Source: Ignavibacteria bacterium
GTDB lineage: Bacteria > Bacteroidota > Ignavibacteria > Tepidaquicellales > OLB5
Direction of reading: 5' to 3'
DNA length: 64,000 nt
Assembly (NCBI GenBank): GCA_049516635.1
Contig: JBEKSX010000001.1
Coordinates: 1,671 to 65,670, forward strand
Shown here: positions 1-10,561 of the stretch, piece after piece
How positions within the stretch are numbered: the stretch's first letter is position 1
Layout of the letters: every line of letters starts with the position of its first letter
Translations under genes and position numbers: made by a program
Notes under the pieces: model-generated
Told to the model about the DNA's origin: nothing
Database searches by the model: none
Seen by the model: only the letters and a program-made list of their open reading frames with translations

Positions 1-22
1 AGGATTCTTCTCTGTTATTCCG

Positions 23-970
23 ATGCTGTTCTATCTCATACTGATATGGCTGATGGATAGGTATGAAAGAGAACCGTTCTGGCTGCTGTCATTGAATTTT
101 TTGTGGGGTGCAACCGGAGCTATCATGTTCGGTATCATCGGAAGCATGATAATGGACGTGGGTATATCCCAGTTCATCTACCAGTTCGCTAATAAATCGG
201 ATGCCATAGAGCTTCATAATCTTGCAGGAGCAGTTGTTGTTGCCCCAATGGTAGAAGAATCGACCAAAGGTGCATTCCTGCTGCTTACAGCTCTGAGCCG
301 CAACTTCGACGGACCCGTAGATGGGGCAGTATACGGCGGAGCAGTGGGTCTGGGATTCGGCATGACAGAAAACTTTCTTTACTTCCTTAGCTTTCCTAAA
401 AGCTATGAAAGCCTTCTGTTCCTGATCATAGTACGTACATTTTTTTCCGCAATACTGCATTGCTGCACTCAAGCTACGCTGGGCGCGGCCATAGGATTTG
501 CCAAGTTCAGAGGATTACTTGCGAAATTCACCATTATCCCTCTGGGACTTGCCGCAGCGATGTTCCTGCATTTCACATGGAACCTGACCGTGAGTTTTGA
601 GTCCACAGCTGTGCTGGGATTCATATTCATGATAGTTGTTATTATCATCATCTTTACAATTTTCCAATTTGGCGTGTACAGGGAAGGAAGGATAATTTTA
701 CAGGAATTATCCGAAGAAACAAATTACGGGATCATCCCGAAAGAGCATTTAAAGTATATTCCCTACACAACGAGGAGATTTAAGCGAGGTTGGCTTCAGG
801 GCAGGATAAATCAGAGAGATTACGTTAAGACAGCAACCAAGCTGGCGCTGAGAAAACATCAATACCGCACGATTAAATCGGCAGGACTAAAAAAATCCTA
901 TCTTAGAGAAATAGACAATCTAAGAAACAAAATTGCAAACATGTTATATTATGCTCAGTATCCTGCATAA
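23..970 (+). CDS. PrsW-family intramembrane metalloprotease, probably 5'-truncated by the window edge
   Basis: 315-aa ORF with multiple hydrophobic helices. It carries PrsW-type motifs DRYEREP, VEESTKG and FLHFTWN. The frame is open back to nt 2, so the true start may lie upstream of the window. Confidence 0.75.
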   Translation: MLFYLILIWLMDRYEREPFWLLSLNFLWGATGAIMFGIIGSMIMDVGISQFIYQFANKSDAIELHNLAGAVVVAPMVEESTKGAFLLLTALSRNFDGPVDGAVYGGAVGLGFGMTENFLYFLSFPKSYESLLFLIIVRTFFSAILHCCTQATLGAAIGFAKFRGLLAKFTIIPLGLAAAMFLHFTWNLTVSFESTAVLGFIFMIVVIIIIFTIFQFGVYREGRIILQELSEETNYGIIPKEHLKYIPYTTRRFKRGWLQGRINQRDYVKTATKLALRKHQYRTIKSAGLKKSYLREIDNLRNKIANMLYYAQYPA

Positions 971-998
971 CTTGAAATAAAGATCATCAGAGTTTCAT

Positions 999-1030
999 AA
1001 GCCAGTCCGATCTTGCGGGTTGGCTTTTTA
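999..1030 (+). terminator. Rho-independent terminator after the PrsW-like gene
   Basis: aagccagtccg / cgggttggctt forms an 11-bp stem (two G-U pairs) with loop atcttg, followed by a T-run. Confidence 0.7.
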
Positions 1031-1044
1031 GTTAAATTATTAAA

Positions 1045-3429
1045 TTGAAACCCGAAGTATCATTAACCGATAAAGTAATAAAAAACACCTTCTACCATCT
1101 GCTTTCGCAGATAGCGGGATTTATTTTTCCTTTGATACTGACACCTTTCATCATTGCGAAGATAGGGCAGATAGAATTCGGCATATATGCCATAGTGCTC
1201 GGTTTCACAGGTACGTTCGGGCTTTTCGACCTCAGCATATCGAGCTCCTTTATCAAGTTCATTTCCGAACACTACAACAGGAACGAAACGGTGGAATTAA
1301 ATCACACTATCAACTCCGGATTATTTTTCTATTTAATCTTCACCATAGTTTTTATAATAGCAGGATACTTTTTCACAGTTCCCCTTCTTTCACTCCTGAA
1401 CATCCCTGCCGAACTGAAGGAACTGAGCATTTATGCTTTCAGGGTTAGCCTGATGATCTTCTTCGTTACTAACTCTTTCGTAATCTTTACCTCTGTGCTT
1501 ATCAGCCTGCAAAAGATGTATGTTACAAGCGTTATTGGAACACTTATCAATTCACTCAGCTTCGCCGCCAATATAATTCTGCTTCTGAAGGGTTTTGGAT
1601 TGAAAGGACTGTTATGGGTGCAGCTTTCTTCGGCATCAGTCACAGCTATAGTGAGTATAATCGCAGCGAAGAGATTTCTCCCCTCTATCAGGATAGGATT
1701 AAAATATTTCAGCAAGCGTGCACTGAAAAAAATGACAGGCTTCGGAATACAAATGGAGATCTCCAAGCTTGCATCATTTGCTTCGGAAAAATATGATGAG
1801 TTCCTCCTCGGTTTCTTTTCCGTAATGAACAACGTCACCTATTATAACATCAGCGGAAGAATATCCCGGTTTGGAAAGTTCCTTCCTTTTCAGGTCATCC
1901 CGCAGGTAGCACCCGTTGCTGCTGAACTGAAAGCTAAAGAATTCAATGAAAAACTTGTCCAGCTTTACAGGGATACAATAAAGTACTTAACGATCATATC
2001 CGTGCCCATATTCGTCTACCTGTTCATTTTTGCCGATACAATAATATTCACATGGATGGGTCCGGGCTACGATATTTCAGCTCATCTGTTAAGGATACTT
2101 GCCGCAGGCAATCTTATCAACCTTGCTTTTTCGGCTCCGGGAAATTCCATTACGCCGAACATCGGTATCCCTAAATACCAGATGAATGAAGGACTTATTA
2201 ACCTTGGTATCAATCTGGTACTTAGCTTCATATTAATTAAATACTATGGCATCTTCGGAGCCGCTATCGGAAATACTGTGGCTGTTGTTATTTCTTCAAT
2301 GTATGTATTTTATGTATCCTCAAAATTCTTTAAGCAGGGCATATCTAAGCTGTTTGCGGAAATTTATTTTAAGCCCCTGCTTATATCCTTGCTCAGCGGA
2401 GTTTTTTCTTATGCCATTTACCTTATAATAGAGAAAACAGGTTATGAAGTCACAAACAGAATATCCGGCGTTATCATGTTGCTTATGACGGGGATCATTT
2501 TCATTGCAGTGTTTTCAGCAGTTCTATTCAATATCAGTTATTTAAATGAAAGAGACAGATCGGTTCTCACAAAAATTATCTCTAAAATAATACCGCTTAG
2601 GTATTCAGCACAATCTTTATCCGGCAAATATACTTATCATAACGAAAAGGTAAGCATATGCATCTTGACCTGTAACCGAGTGGATTTCCTGAGAAAATGC
2701 ATAAGTTCCCTATTACCGACGCTGGATAGTATCAATTATGAACTAATTATCTGGGATAATAACTCAGCTGACGGTACAAAAGAATACCTTGAGAGCTTAA
2801 AAGAAAATAAAAATATAAACATTATTTTGAACAGTACCAATATCGGTACGCAGGCGAGAGGGAAAATGTTCGAGATGACAAAAGGAGAATATCTGGTCTG
2901 TATTGATGATGATGTATTAAAATTTCCTGAAAATTGGCTACAGCAAATACTATCTGCTTATAACACCATTCCGTATGCTGGCTTCTTATCCACAGACGTT
3001 GTGAAAGATGAAACCACGAACGGAGGAAAACAACCCGATGATTCATACCATGAGGAGACCTTCAATGACGGGCAGATAAAGTTTCTTTCCGGTCCTGCGG
3101 GCGGATGGTGCTTTATGATCTCACGAAAAGTATATAGAGAAACGGGAAAGTTTTATTACCCAAAGGGAAGATTATTTTTTTCGGATGACGGCGATTATGC
3201 TCTCAGGGTTCTGGATAAAGGATTTCGGGTAGGAATCCTGAAAGAAATGAAGGTATACCACGCAACAGGTGAGTACCATAACCGTAATTATAAACATATG
3301 TTCGATGAGAAAATGAGAGACTATGAAAAAGGTACGGGGAGTCTTCATCTGTTAAGAAGAAAAATTTCGAAAATACTGAGTTACAAAAGATACATGAGGA
3401 AGCTAATAATATTAGAAAGTAAAAATTAA
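1045..3429 (+). CDS. Fusion protein: Wzx/MOP-type polysaccharide flippase (N-terminal ~500 aa) plus family-2 glycosyltransferase (C-terminal ~260 aa)
   Basis: 794-aa uninterrupted ORF with a TTG start. The N-terminal part is a multi-TM polysaccharide-biosynthesis-protein-like region. From about nt 2647 it reads VSICILTCNRVDFL...IIWDNNSADGT...CIDDD, a typical GT2 fold signature. Confidence 0.8.
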   Translation: MKPEVSLTDKVIKNTFYHLLSQIAGFIFPLILTPFIIAKIGQIEFGIYAIVLGFTGTFGLFDLSISSSFIKFISEHYNRNETVELNHTINSGLFFYLIFTIVFIIAGYFFTVPLLSLLNIPAELKELSIYAFRVSLMIFFVTNSFVIFTSVLISLQKMYVTSVIGTLINSLSFAANIILLLKGFGLKGLLWVQLSSASVTAIVSIIAAKRFLPSIRIGLKYFSKRALKKMTGFGIQMEISKLASFASEKYDEFLLGFFSVMNNVTYYNISGRISRFGKFLPFQVIPQVAPVAAELKAKEFNEKLVQLYRDTIKYLTIISVPIFVYLFIFADTIIFTWMGPGYDISAHLLRILAAGNLINLAFSAPGNSITPNIGIPKYQMNEGLINLGINLVLSFILIKYYGIFGAAIGNTVAVVISSMYVFYVSSKFFKQGISKLFAEIYFKPLLISLLSGVFSYAIYLIIEKTGYEVTNRISGVIMLLMTGIIFIAVFSAVLFNISYLNERDRSVLTKIISKIIPLRYSAQSLSGKYTYHNEKVSICILTCNRVDFLRKCISSLLPTLDSINYELIIWDNNSADGTKEYLESLKENKNINIILNSTNIGTQARGKMFEMTKGEYLVCIDDDVLKFPENWLQQILSAYNTIPYAGFLSTDVVKDETTNGGKQPDDSYHEETFNDGQIKFLSGPAGGWCFMISRKVYRETGKFYYPKGRLFFSDDGDYALRVLDKGFRVGILKEMKVYHATGEYHNRNYKHMFDEKMRDYEKGTGSLHLLRRKISKILSYKRYMRKLIILESKN

Positions 3430-3500
3430 ATCAATAAGCTTGCAATAATGGATCTGAACAAGAACAAACGGATATTCAAAAATCTTAATAACATCTCAAA

Positions 3501-4439
3501 TTGTTGATATCTATAATAATAGTAAATTATAATACAGGGACTATACTGAAACAGTGCATCGATTCCATCTTCGAATTCGAAGACCCTTCTGAATACGAGA
3601 TCATTATCGTGGACAATTACTCTAATGATGGACCGCGTGCATACATAGATGTCCTTCTTCAAAAATACAAAAATATAAAGTGCATCTACCTGGATAGAAC
3701 GGAAAGCTTTTCCCATGCAAATAATATGGGTATAAGTCAAGCTCAAGGTGATTATATTCTCATAATGAATCCTGATATCATTTTTGTCGAGCATGTATTT
3801 CATAGGCTGACCGCTCTTCTTGAAGAGGATAAAAGTATAGGAGCAGTATGCCCCGCATTGCTTGGCAAAGACGGAAAATTTCAAAATAATTATTTCCGGA
3901 GATACCCCTCATTAACTCAATATCTGTTCTTCTATACCTTCACAGCAAAGTTGTTTGAAAGAAACAGGCAATTAACGAACCAATATCTCAGAAATGAGAT
4001 AATAGATATTAATACTAATAAGGTTTACAAGGTTGAACAGATCCCCTGCGCATTTTTTCTAACGTATAAGCAACTGATCATCGATATAGGTTTGATGGAT
4101 GAGAATTTTGTACTTTTCTTTGAAGACGTAGATCTCTCTTACAGGATTCATAAACGCTTCCAACTGTTATTGGATACAAGGATTAAGGTCACACATCTTG
4201 GCGGCATGAGCTTTGGCAAGGAATATAAAACGCTTATGTACGGAAGGTTTCTTATAAGCATGAATTATTTCTTCAAAAAACATTATGGAAAGCTCAGGCA
4301 GTTCCTGTTGAAAGCATTTTCTGAGGTGAATTCCTCTGCAGTAATAACATTTGAATATATAAAGAAAATATTCAATATATCAAATGACACAAGACTGGAA
4401 AAACACAAAATATATCTCAAATTATTGAGAAATACATGA
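3501..4439 (+). CDS. Family-2 glycosyltransferase
   Basis: 312 aa. The N-terminus ISIIIVNYNTG...IIIVDNYSNDG...MNPD is a GT2 (GT-A, DxD) signature. TTG start. Confidence 0.85.
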   Translation: MLISIIIVNYNTGTILKQCIDSIFEFEDPSEYEIIIVDNYSNDGPRAYIDVLLQKYKNIKCIYLDRTESFSHANNMGISQAQGDYILIMNPDIIFVEHVFHRLTALLEEDKSIGAVCPALLGKDGKFQNNYFRRYPSLTQYLFFYTFTAKLFERNRQLTNQYLRNEIIDINTNKVYKVEQIPCAFFLTYKQLIIDIGLMDENFVLFFEDVDLSYRIHKRFQLLLDTRIKVTHLGGMSFGKEYKTLMYGRFLISMNYFFKKHYGKLRQFLLKAFSEVNSSAVITFEYIKKIFNISNDTRLEKHKIYLKLLRNT

Positions 4440-4497
4440 TCTATGAATTCTGCAGATCATGGGAAATTATGTAATATAATTTTCAAAACTAATATAA

Positions 4498-5457
4498 ATG
4501 CTGTCGATCATAATCCCAAATTATAACGGTCTTGAACATCTGGTTACATGTTTCGATTCGATTGAAGCACAATCATATCGTGATTATAAGGTCATACTTG
4601 TAGATAATGGCTCAAGCGATGCATCGGTCAAATATACACAGGAGAAATACGCCGGTTATTTTACCGTCAGGCTCGATAAAAATTATGGATTTGCAAGAGC
4701 AATAAATGAAGGGATAAAATTTTCGTTCGATAAAACGAATTGCGAATTCATTCTCTTGCTGAACAATGATATCGAACTTCATCCTGATTTTCTAAAAACA
4801 TGTATGGAAACATTCACAAGGGTTCCTGAAGCAGGATTTATAGCAGTTAAAATGCTTAATTACTATGACAGAACCATTATAGACGATTGCGGCGATTTTA
4901 TAAAAGGGAACGGCGGCTCACCAATGGCACGAGGGAACGATGAAAAAGATGCTGGTCAGTATGATAAGGAAGAATTTATATTCGGAGCCTGTGCAGGAGC
5001 TGCGTTCTACAGGAAGGAAATGTTCCTGAAGACGGGATTATTTGATGAAAGCTTTTTTGCATATTATGAAGATATAGATTTCAGCTTCAGAGGTCAAATG
5101 CTCGGTTACAAATGTTATTACCAGCCGAAGGCAGTCTGCTACCACAAACGCGGGGGTACCATCAGCATTGCAACCGAAGGTTACCAGACTGAGCTGTGTG
5201 AAAGAAACCTAATTCTTTTAAGGGCTAAGAATTATCCTTTTCTTATATACCTTACTTACCAGCCTTTTTTTCTCGCTGCAAGATTAAAAAGATATATCGG
5301 GTTCATGAGGTATCATTCTGTCATTTTATTTCTAAGGGCTTTAAAAGGATATATCAGGGGTTTGCTCCTTTTTCCTTTCCAGCTGAAAAAACGTTTCTAC
5401 ATTCAGAGAACGAAAATAATTTCTGCCAAACAGATAAAGGAATTTTTTGTTAAATGA
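4498..5457 (+). CDS. Family-2 glycosyltransferase
   Basis: 319 aa. LSIIIPNYNG...VILVDNGSSD...LLNNDIE...YYEDIDFSFR is a rhamnosyltransferase-like GT2 pattern. Confidence 0.85.
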   Translation: MLSIIIPNYNGLEHLVTCFDSIEAQSYRDYKVILVDNGSSDASVKYTQEKYAGYFTVRLDKNYGFARAINEGIKFSFDKTNCEFILLLNNDIELHPDFLKTCMETFTRVPEAGFIAVKMLNYYDRTIIDDCGDFIKGNGGSPMARGNDEKDAGQYDKEEFIFGACAGAAFYRKEMFLKTGLFDESFFAYYEDIDFSFRGQMLGYKCYYQPKAVCYHKRGGTISIATEGYQTELCERNLILLRAKNYPFLIYLTYQPFFLAARLKRYIGFMRYHSVILFLRALKGYIRGLLLFPFQLKKRFYIQRTKIISAKQIKEFFVK

Positions 5458-6482
5458 ACGAACCAGTTTCCGTAATAATCCTCAACTATAACGGAAGGAA
5501 ATACTTAAAAGACTGCCTGACATCGGTACTTGCCCAGTCTTACTCTGAATTCGAGATCATTTTTTTTGATAACGCTTCATCTGACGGGAGCGCGGAATTC
5601 CTTACAGAAACTTTTTCCGACCAACGGATAAAGATTATCGAATCGAAAGAAAACCTCAGCTTCGCAGGAGGAAATAATGAAGCCATTAAGTATACCCGTC
5701 ATGACCTCATCGCCCTGTTGAATAACGATACGGTAGTTGATAAGGATTGGCTTAGCAGCCTTGTCCGCTCAGTAGAAGAGAAAAACACAATCGCTTCATC
5801 CTATGTAATTACAAAAGGCATAGATCCAAAATATTATGAAACCAACGGCTCAGTATCATACCTAATGTATAATGTTATGAACATTTTTGAAAATATCGAA
5901 GATGAGTTTTACCCAAACGGTTGTTCCGTGATATTCAGGAAAAGCGAAATACCGGTTCCCTTTGACGGCGATTATTTCTTTTACAGCGAAGATCTTTATC
6001 TTGGTTTACTATCACGTTTTATGGGGATGAAAGTCAGGTTCGTAAAAGATTCGCTCGTTCAACATCTGGGTGGAGGAACACTTTCCTGTTCATTTACCAA
6101 AACATTCTACCTGGAAAGGAACAGACTTCTTAATCTCTATACATTCTTCAGCGTATCATTCATCATAAAAATATCCCCTCTCATCTGTCTCACCAATTCT
6201 GCTAAAGCGTTACATTCTCTATTTTCACGCTCAGTTTCATTTCGGGGAATAGTAAAAGCGCACTTTTGGCTGTATTTTCACATTCCTCTTATCATCAGGA
6301 AAAGAAATGCTTTGAAAAAAATACAAAGAGTAGATGAAAGGGAAATCATCAAGTTCATGACCTCGAAGCTATTAAACCACGAAAAAATCCTGCCTAAGAT
6401 CATCAATAATATCTCATACACGTATTCAAGAATGGTAGGTTTTAAACCGATAGAATATTTCCAGAAACGAAAAAACTTCTGA
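5454..6482 (+). CDS. Family-2 glycosyltransferase
   Basis: 342 aa. VSVIILNYNGRKYL...IIFFDNASSDGS...LLNNDTVV. It has a 4-nt ATGA overlap with the preceding GT2 gene. Confidence 0.85.
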   Translation: MNEPVSVIILNYNGRKYLKDCLTSVLAQSYSEFEIIFFDNASSDGSAEFLTETFSDQRIKIIESKENLSFAGGNNEAIKYTRHDLIALLNNDTVVDKDWLSSLVRSVEEKNTIASSYVITKGIDPKYYETNGSVSYLMYNVMNIFENIEDEFYPNGCSVIFRKSEIPVPFDGDYFFYSEDLYLGLLSRFMGMKVRFVKDSLVQHLGGGTLSCSFTKTFYLERNRLLNLYTFFSVSFIIKISPLICLTNSAKALHSLFSRSVSFRGIVKAHFWLYFHIPLIIRKRNALKKIQRVDEREIIKFMTSKLLNHEKILPKIINNISYTYSRMVGFKPIEYFQKRKNF

Positions 6483-6655
6483 AAAAATCGTATAATCTTT
6501 AAGGGAACAGCAAAGGTCTTACTCTATAAAAAATAATTTATTATAATTATTAATGTTTACAAATAGGCTATCTCATTCGTCATTCTGAAGGTATGAAATG
6601 TCAAAAAACTCTCTGATTATCAGCAATTTTTGAAACAGTCATAACAATATAAAAA

Positions 6656-7780
6656 ATGGAAAAAATCAAAATACTGGAATTGATAGACGGGGGGTTCCTC
6701 GGAGGAGGACAGACCAATATTCTTTCGATAATAAGCAACCTGGACCCCGATCTTTTTGAGTTCACAGTTGCAGCAAAGGGAGGGGGAAAATTTGAAGCTG
6801 AAGTATCGAATATCAGTGTACAGTTCTTTCCGCTCGAGATGCCGAAGATGCTGAGACACAAGTACTTCAAAAAACTTCAGGAACTGTATAACAGAGAGAA
6901 TTTTCATATTGTCCATTCACATGGCGGCGTTGGAGGATTCTACGGGCGTCTTCTCAAGAAACACAATCCTGAAATTAAATCTGTGCATACTATTCACGGG
7001 ATCCATTATATCAATATCGATAGTTTTTTTGTCAGAAATACATCCAAATCGATCGAACAGTATCTCGTACAGTTCACTGACCAGACAATCTGTGAAACTT
7101 ACAATGATCTTAATACAGCGATAAAGAATAAGATCGCAGATATCAATAAGATCAGAGTTATTCCGAATGGGATCGATATTACACAATTCGGAAAAAAAGA
7201 AAAGAAGATAGGGCTTTTGATGGATCTCGGCTTTGACGAGAACAATTTTATAGTTGGAAATATATCAAGGTTCGATGTACAGAAGAACCAGAAGCTGATA
7301 ATTCAATCGGCATACTACCTGGTAAAAAAATTCCCTGAGATGCGGTTTGTACTTGTAGGTGACGGGAAATATTTTAAGAGAATGAAACAGTATGCAAGAG
7401 ACGCTAACCTTGACCAGTTCATCGCCTTCACAGGAGAACAGCAGAACATTTCGGATTATTATTCGATCTTTGATATATTCGTTTTTCCTTCTCTCTGGGA
7501 AGGAATGCCCTATGTACTTCTGCAGGCTATGGCTTCAAAGCTGCCAGTGGTATGCAGTAATATCCCTAACCACCTTGAGGTTATAAAAAACAATCAGTCG
7601 GCACTGACGATCAACCCTTACGAAGCGGATGATCTATTCCATAAAATATCAGTCCTCTATAATAATAAGGAACTGAGGCAGCTGCTGGGAGAAAACGCAT
7701 ATACTGATGTGCAGAAGTTCGACGAAAAACATACGAACAGGGAAATAGAGAGATTATATAAGGAGGTACTGATAGCTTGA
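6656..7780 (+). CDS. GT4 (GT-B fold) glycosyltransferase
   Basis: 374 aa. The C-terminal motif FVFPSLWEGMPYVLLQAMASKLPVVCSN is the E-x7-E signature of GT4 enzymes. Confidence 0.85.
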   Translation: MEKIKILELIDGGFLGGGQTNILSIISNLDPDLFEFTVAAKGGGKFEAEVSNISVQFFPLEMPKMLRHKYFKKLQELYNRENFHIVHSHGGVGGFYGRLLKKHNPEIKSVHTIHGIHYINIDSFFVRNTSKSIEQYLVQFTDQTICETYNDLNTAIKNKIADINKIRVIPNGIDITQFGKKEKKIGLLMDLGFDENNFIVGNISRFDVQKNQKLIIQSAYYLVKKFPEMRFVLVGDGKYFKRMKQYARDANLDQFIAFTGEQQNISDYYSIFDIFVFPSLWEGMPYVLLQAMASKLPVVCSNIPNHLEVIKNNQSALTINPYEADDLFHKISVLYNNKELRQLLGENAYTDVQKFDEKHTNREIERLYKEVLIA

Positions 7781-8370
7781 AACGATTCGGTGTATTTGGG
7801 GGAGCTTTTAATCCCGTTCACATGGCTCATTTAATCATTGTAGAAGATGTCAGGGAGCAGATGCATCTCGATAAAGTGATATTTATTCCCTATGCAAATC
7901 CTCCCCATAAACCGCATGACGAGCTGATAGATGCAGAGTTCAGGCTCACTATGATAAATCTTGCTATCGCAGGAAATCCGGGTTTCGAATCCAGCGATAT
8001 TGAGATACAGAACGGCAGGGTATCTAAAACATATACCGTTGATACACTGATAAGCTTAAGGGATATTTACGGAACAGATCAAATTATATTTTATCTCATA
8101 ATCGGGCTTGATAATCTTATTGAGCTTCACACATGGAAAGAACCGGGTAAGTTATTTATTTTATCAGAAGTGCTTGTAATTAACAGACCCGGTTATGTAA
8201 TACAAAATGTGAAACATGATTACGGTAAGCAGGTAAAATTTATTTCAGCACCCGCTATTGATATCTCCTCAACGGATATCAGACTGAGGATCAGGGAAAA
8301 TAAAACTATAAAATACCTGGTACCGGAACAGGTGGAAAAATATATATTAATCAATAATTTATATCGTTAA
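7777..8370 (+). CDS. nadD: Nicotinate-nucleotide adenylyltransferase
   Basis: 197 aa. GVFGGAFNPVHMAHL is the HxGH-type nucleotidyltransferase motif, and ISSTDIR lies near the C-terminus. TTG start overlaps the GT4 stop (TTGA). Confidence 0.9.
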   Translation: MKRFGVFGGAFNPVHMAHLIIVEDVREQMHLDKVIFIPYANPPHKPHDELIDAEFRLTMINLAIAGNPGFESSDIEIQNGRVSKTYTVDTLISLRDIYGTDQIIFYLIIGLDNLIELHTWKEPGKLFILSEVLVINRPGYVIQNVKHDYGKQVKFISAPAIDISSTDIRLRIRENKTIKYLVPEQVEKYILINNLYR

Positions 8371-8388
8371 AATTATCATATCCTATTT

Positions 8389-9801
8389 ATGGCGGTAAAG
8401 AGAATGATAGTGATGAAATTCGGCGGAACCTCTGTATCTGACAGTAATGCTATCACCAATGTTATAAACATAGTAAGAAAAAACACAGCCCGCAAGATAG
8501 TGGTCGTTTCGGCCATAGCAAAAGCAACGAACATACTGGAACAGGCTGCACACCTTTCAGCGAACGGCAGAGCCACGGAAGCAAAAAAGATCATCGAGGG
8601 ATTGGTAAGCCGCCATTATACGATCATCAACACGCTTATTAAAAATGATGAGCTCAAAGCAGAAGCAACAGAAAAAGTGATCAACTATCACCTAAAGCTG
8701 GAAGAGCTCATTACCGGACTTGCCGTCATAAAGGAGCTTACACTCCGCACCCTTGATGCTTTCAGGGTGTTCGGAGAGCTGCTTTCATCGTTGGTGATCT
8801 ATTATGCTATGAAAGACAGGGACATGAATGTTGTGCTCGCCGATTCAAGAAATATAATCAAAACGGATAATGAATATTCCCGTGCCTACCCGGATATGGA
8901 GATCACTCAGAACAACATTGACACTCATATTCTTCCTCTTCTTAAAAAGGGAAAGACCGTTCTGACACAGGGTTTTATAGCATCGACCAACGAGGGAATC
9001 CCGACCACGATGGGTCGGGAGAGTTCGGATTTTACGGCAGCTATCTACGGAGCATCGATAGGTGCGGATGAAATTCAGATATGGACGGATGTGGACGGTG
9101 TTTTAACTGCGGACCCAGGCATGATAAAAAAAGCAAAGAAACTATCTGAAATCTCATTCCTCGAAATGGAGGAGCTCTCAAACTTCGGTGCAAAGGTACT
9201 GCATAAAAATTCGATACGTCCTGCTTTCCATAAGAACATTCCTCTGAGAGTGCTAAATTCTAAAAATACAGCTTCTGCCGGAACGGTTATCCACAAAAGG
9301 TTGAATTTTCCCCGGACCATTAAATCCATCACATATAAAAGAAATATTATGGTCCTGCGTTTAAAACCGAAGGAAGGGATAAATCAATATATTTTCTGGG
9401 AAATGCTTCTGAATATTTTGGGCAAACACAAACCCCAGATAGATATACTCGTTTCATCCAATAATGCTATAATTATAGTAATAGCAGAAAATAATTATAC
9501 GAAGATACATTATGACGACCTGAGAAATGAATTTGAAGAAATATCAGATTACGACCTCGTAAAAGACAAAGCACTTTTGACGTTGGTCGGAGCAGACCTG
9601 TATTCGGTAAACAATATCGAGCAGAGGATATTCCGCTCAAACCCGAAGCTAAAAGCAGAGTCGATAATTTTCGGGTATAACCCTCACAGCTTTACACTGC
9701 TCATTGACCAGAAAGAACTCAAAAGCGTTCTTCAAAAATTACACAAGGAATTTTTCGAAAAACAGGACGGCACAATGAATTTATTTCATAAAGCAAAATA
9801 A
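8389..9801 (+). CDS. lysC: Aspartate kinase
   Basis: 470 aa. It shows the KFGGTSV N-terminal motif, the amino-acid kinase core (TTMGRESSDFTAA, IWTDVDGVLTADP) and a C-terminal ACT-like region. Confidence 0.9.
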   Translation: MAVKRMIVMKFGGTSVSDSNAITNVINIVRKNTARKIVVVSAIAKATNILEQAAHLSANGRATEAKKIIEGLVSRHYTIINTLIKNDELKAEATEKVINYHLKLEELITGLAVIKELTLRTLDAFRVFGELLSSLVIYYAMKDRDMNVVLADSRNIIKTDNEYSRAYPDMEITQNNIDTHILPLLKKGKTVLTQGFIASTNEGIPTTMGRESSDFTAAIYGASIGADEIQIWTDVDGVLTADPGMIKKAKKLSEISFLEMEELSNFGAKVLHKNSIRPAFHKNIPLRVLNSKNTASAGTVIHKRLNFPRTIKSITYKRNIMVLRLKPKEGINQYIFWEMLLNILGKHKPQIDILVSSNNAIIIVIAENNYTKIHYDDLRNEFEEISDYDLVKDKALLTLVGADLYSVNNIEQRIFRSNPKLKAESIIFGYNPHSFTLLIDQKELKSVLQKLHKEFFEKQDGTMNLFHKAK

Positions 9802-9816
9802 AAACAATAATTTAAC

Positions 9817-10554
9817 ATGATCAAAACAGCAATAGTTGGGTATGGTAAAATGGGTAAAGAGATCGAGTCAATTCTTGATAGGAATGTTTTTACACTTACC
9901 GGTACATATGATATCGACAATAAGATACGGGATAATATGAAAGAGAAACCGGAAGTTGCAATAGAATTTTCTACACCATCAAGTATGTTCGAAAACATTG
10001 AATTCCTAGCATCGAAGAACATTAATATTGTTTGCGGCACAACGGGTTGGTATGATAAAATAGAATCGGTAAAGAAGCTCGTAGAAAAAAATAACATCGG
10101 ATTTATCTACGCAAGTAATTTTTCCCTGGGTGTAAACATTTTTTATAGTATAGTTAAGTATGCTGCCGGGATATTTAATAAGTTCGAGGGCTATGACCTT
10201 GCTGTAGAGGATATCCATCACAGACAAAAGCTCGACCGTCCGAGCGGAACCGCGCTGAAGCTCGCAGAAATTCTCATGCAAATGATAAAACGTAAAGAGA
10301 AGATAGGCAGAGGTTCACAGACCGATACAGGACTCCAGCGTGAAGGTAAGCTACTGGACGTTACCTCGACCAGGGTGGGAGGTGTGGTTGGCATACATAA
10401 AGTTATGTTCGACAGTCCCTCCGATTCAATACTTCTGGAACATTCGGCTAAGTCAAGGCGCGGATTTGCAGAAGGTGCATTGCTCGCCGCAAAATTCATC
10501 TATAATAAAAAAGGATTCTATAAATTTGAAGAAATATTTAATAACTTAATTTAA
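9817..10554 (+). CDS. dapB: 4-hydroxy-tetrahydrodipicolinate reductase
   Basis: 245 aa. It has an N-terminal GYGKMG dinucleotide-binding motif and the signature EDIHHRQKLDRPSGTALKLAE. Confidence 0.9.
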   Translation: MIKTAIVGYGKMGKEIESILDRNVFTLTGTYDIDNKIRDNMKEKPEVAIEFSTPSSMFENIEFLASKNINIVCGTTGWYDKIESVKKLVEKNNIGFIYASNFSLGVNIFYSIVKYAAGIFNKFEGYDLAVEDIHHRQKLDRPSGTALKLAEILMQMIKRKEKIGRGSQTDTGLQREGKLLDVTSTRVGGVVGIHKVMFDSPSDSILLEHSAKSRRGFAEGALLAAKFIYNKKGFYKFEEIFNNLI

Positions 10555-10561
10555 TAAAATT

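Noticed and set aside
3426-3884. 152-aa minus-strand ORF overlapping the start of the second GT2 gene
   Set aside because: It lies opposite a gene with an unambiguous GT2 signature. It has no motif and a shadow-ORF-type composition.
6601-7186. Minus-strand ORFs of 89, 98 and 89 aa overlapping the GT4 gene and its upstream spacer
   Set aside because: They are antisense to, or overlap, a gene with a clear GT4 E-x7-E motif. They are short, unsupported by motifs and typical of AT-rich shadow ORFs.
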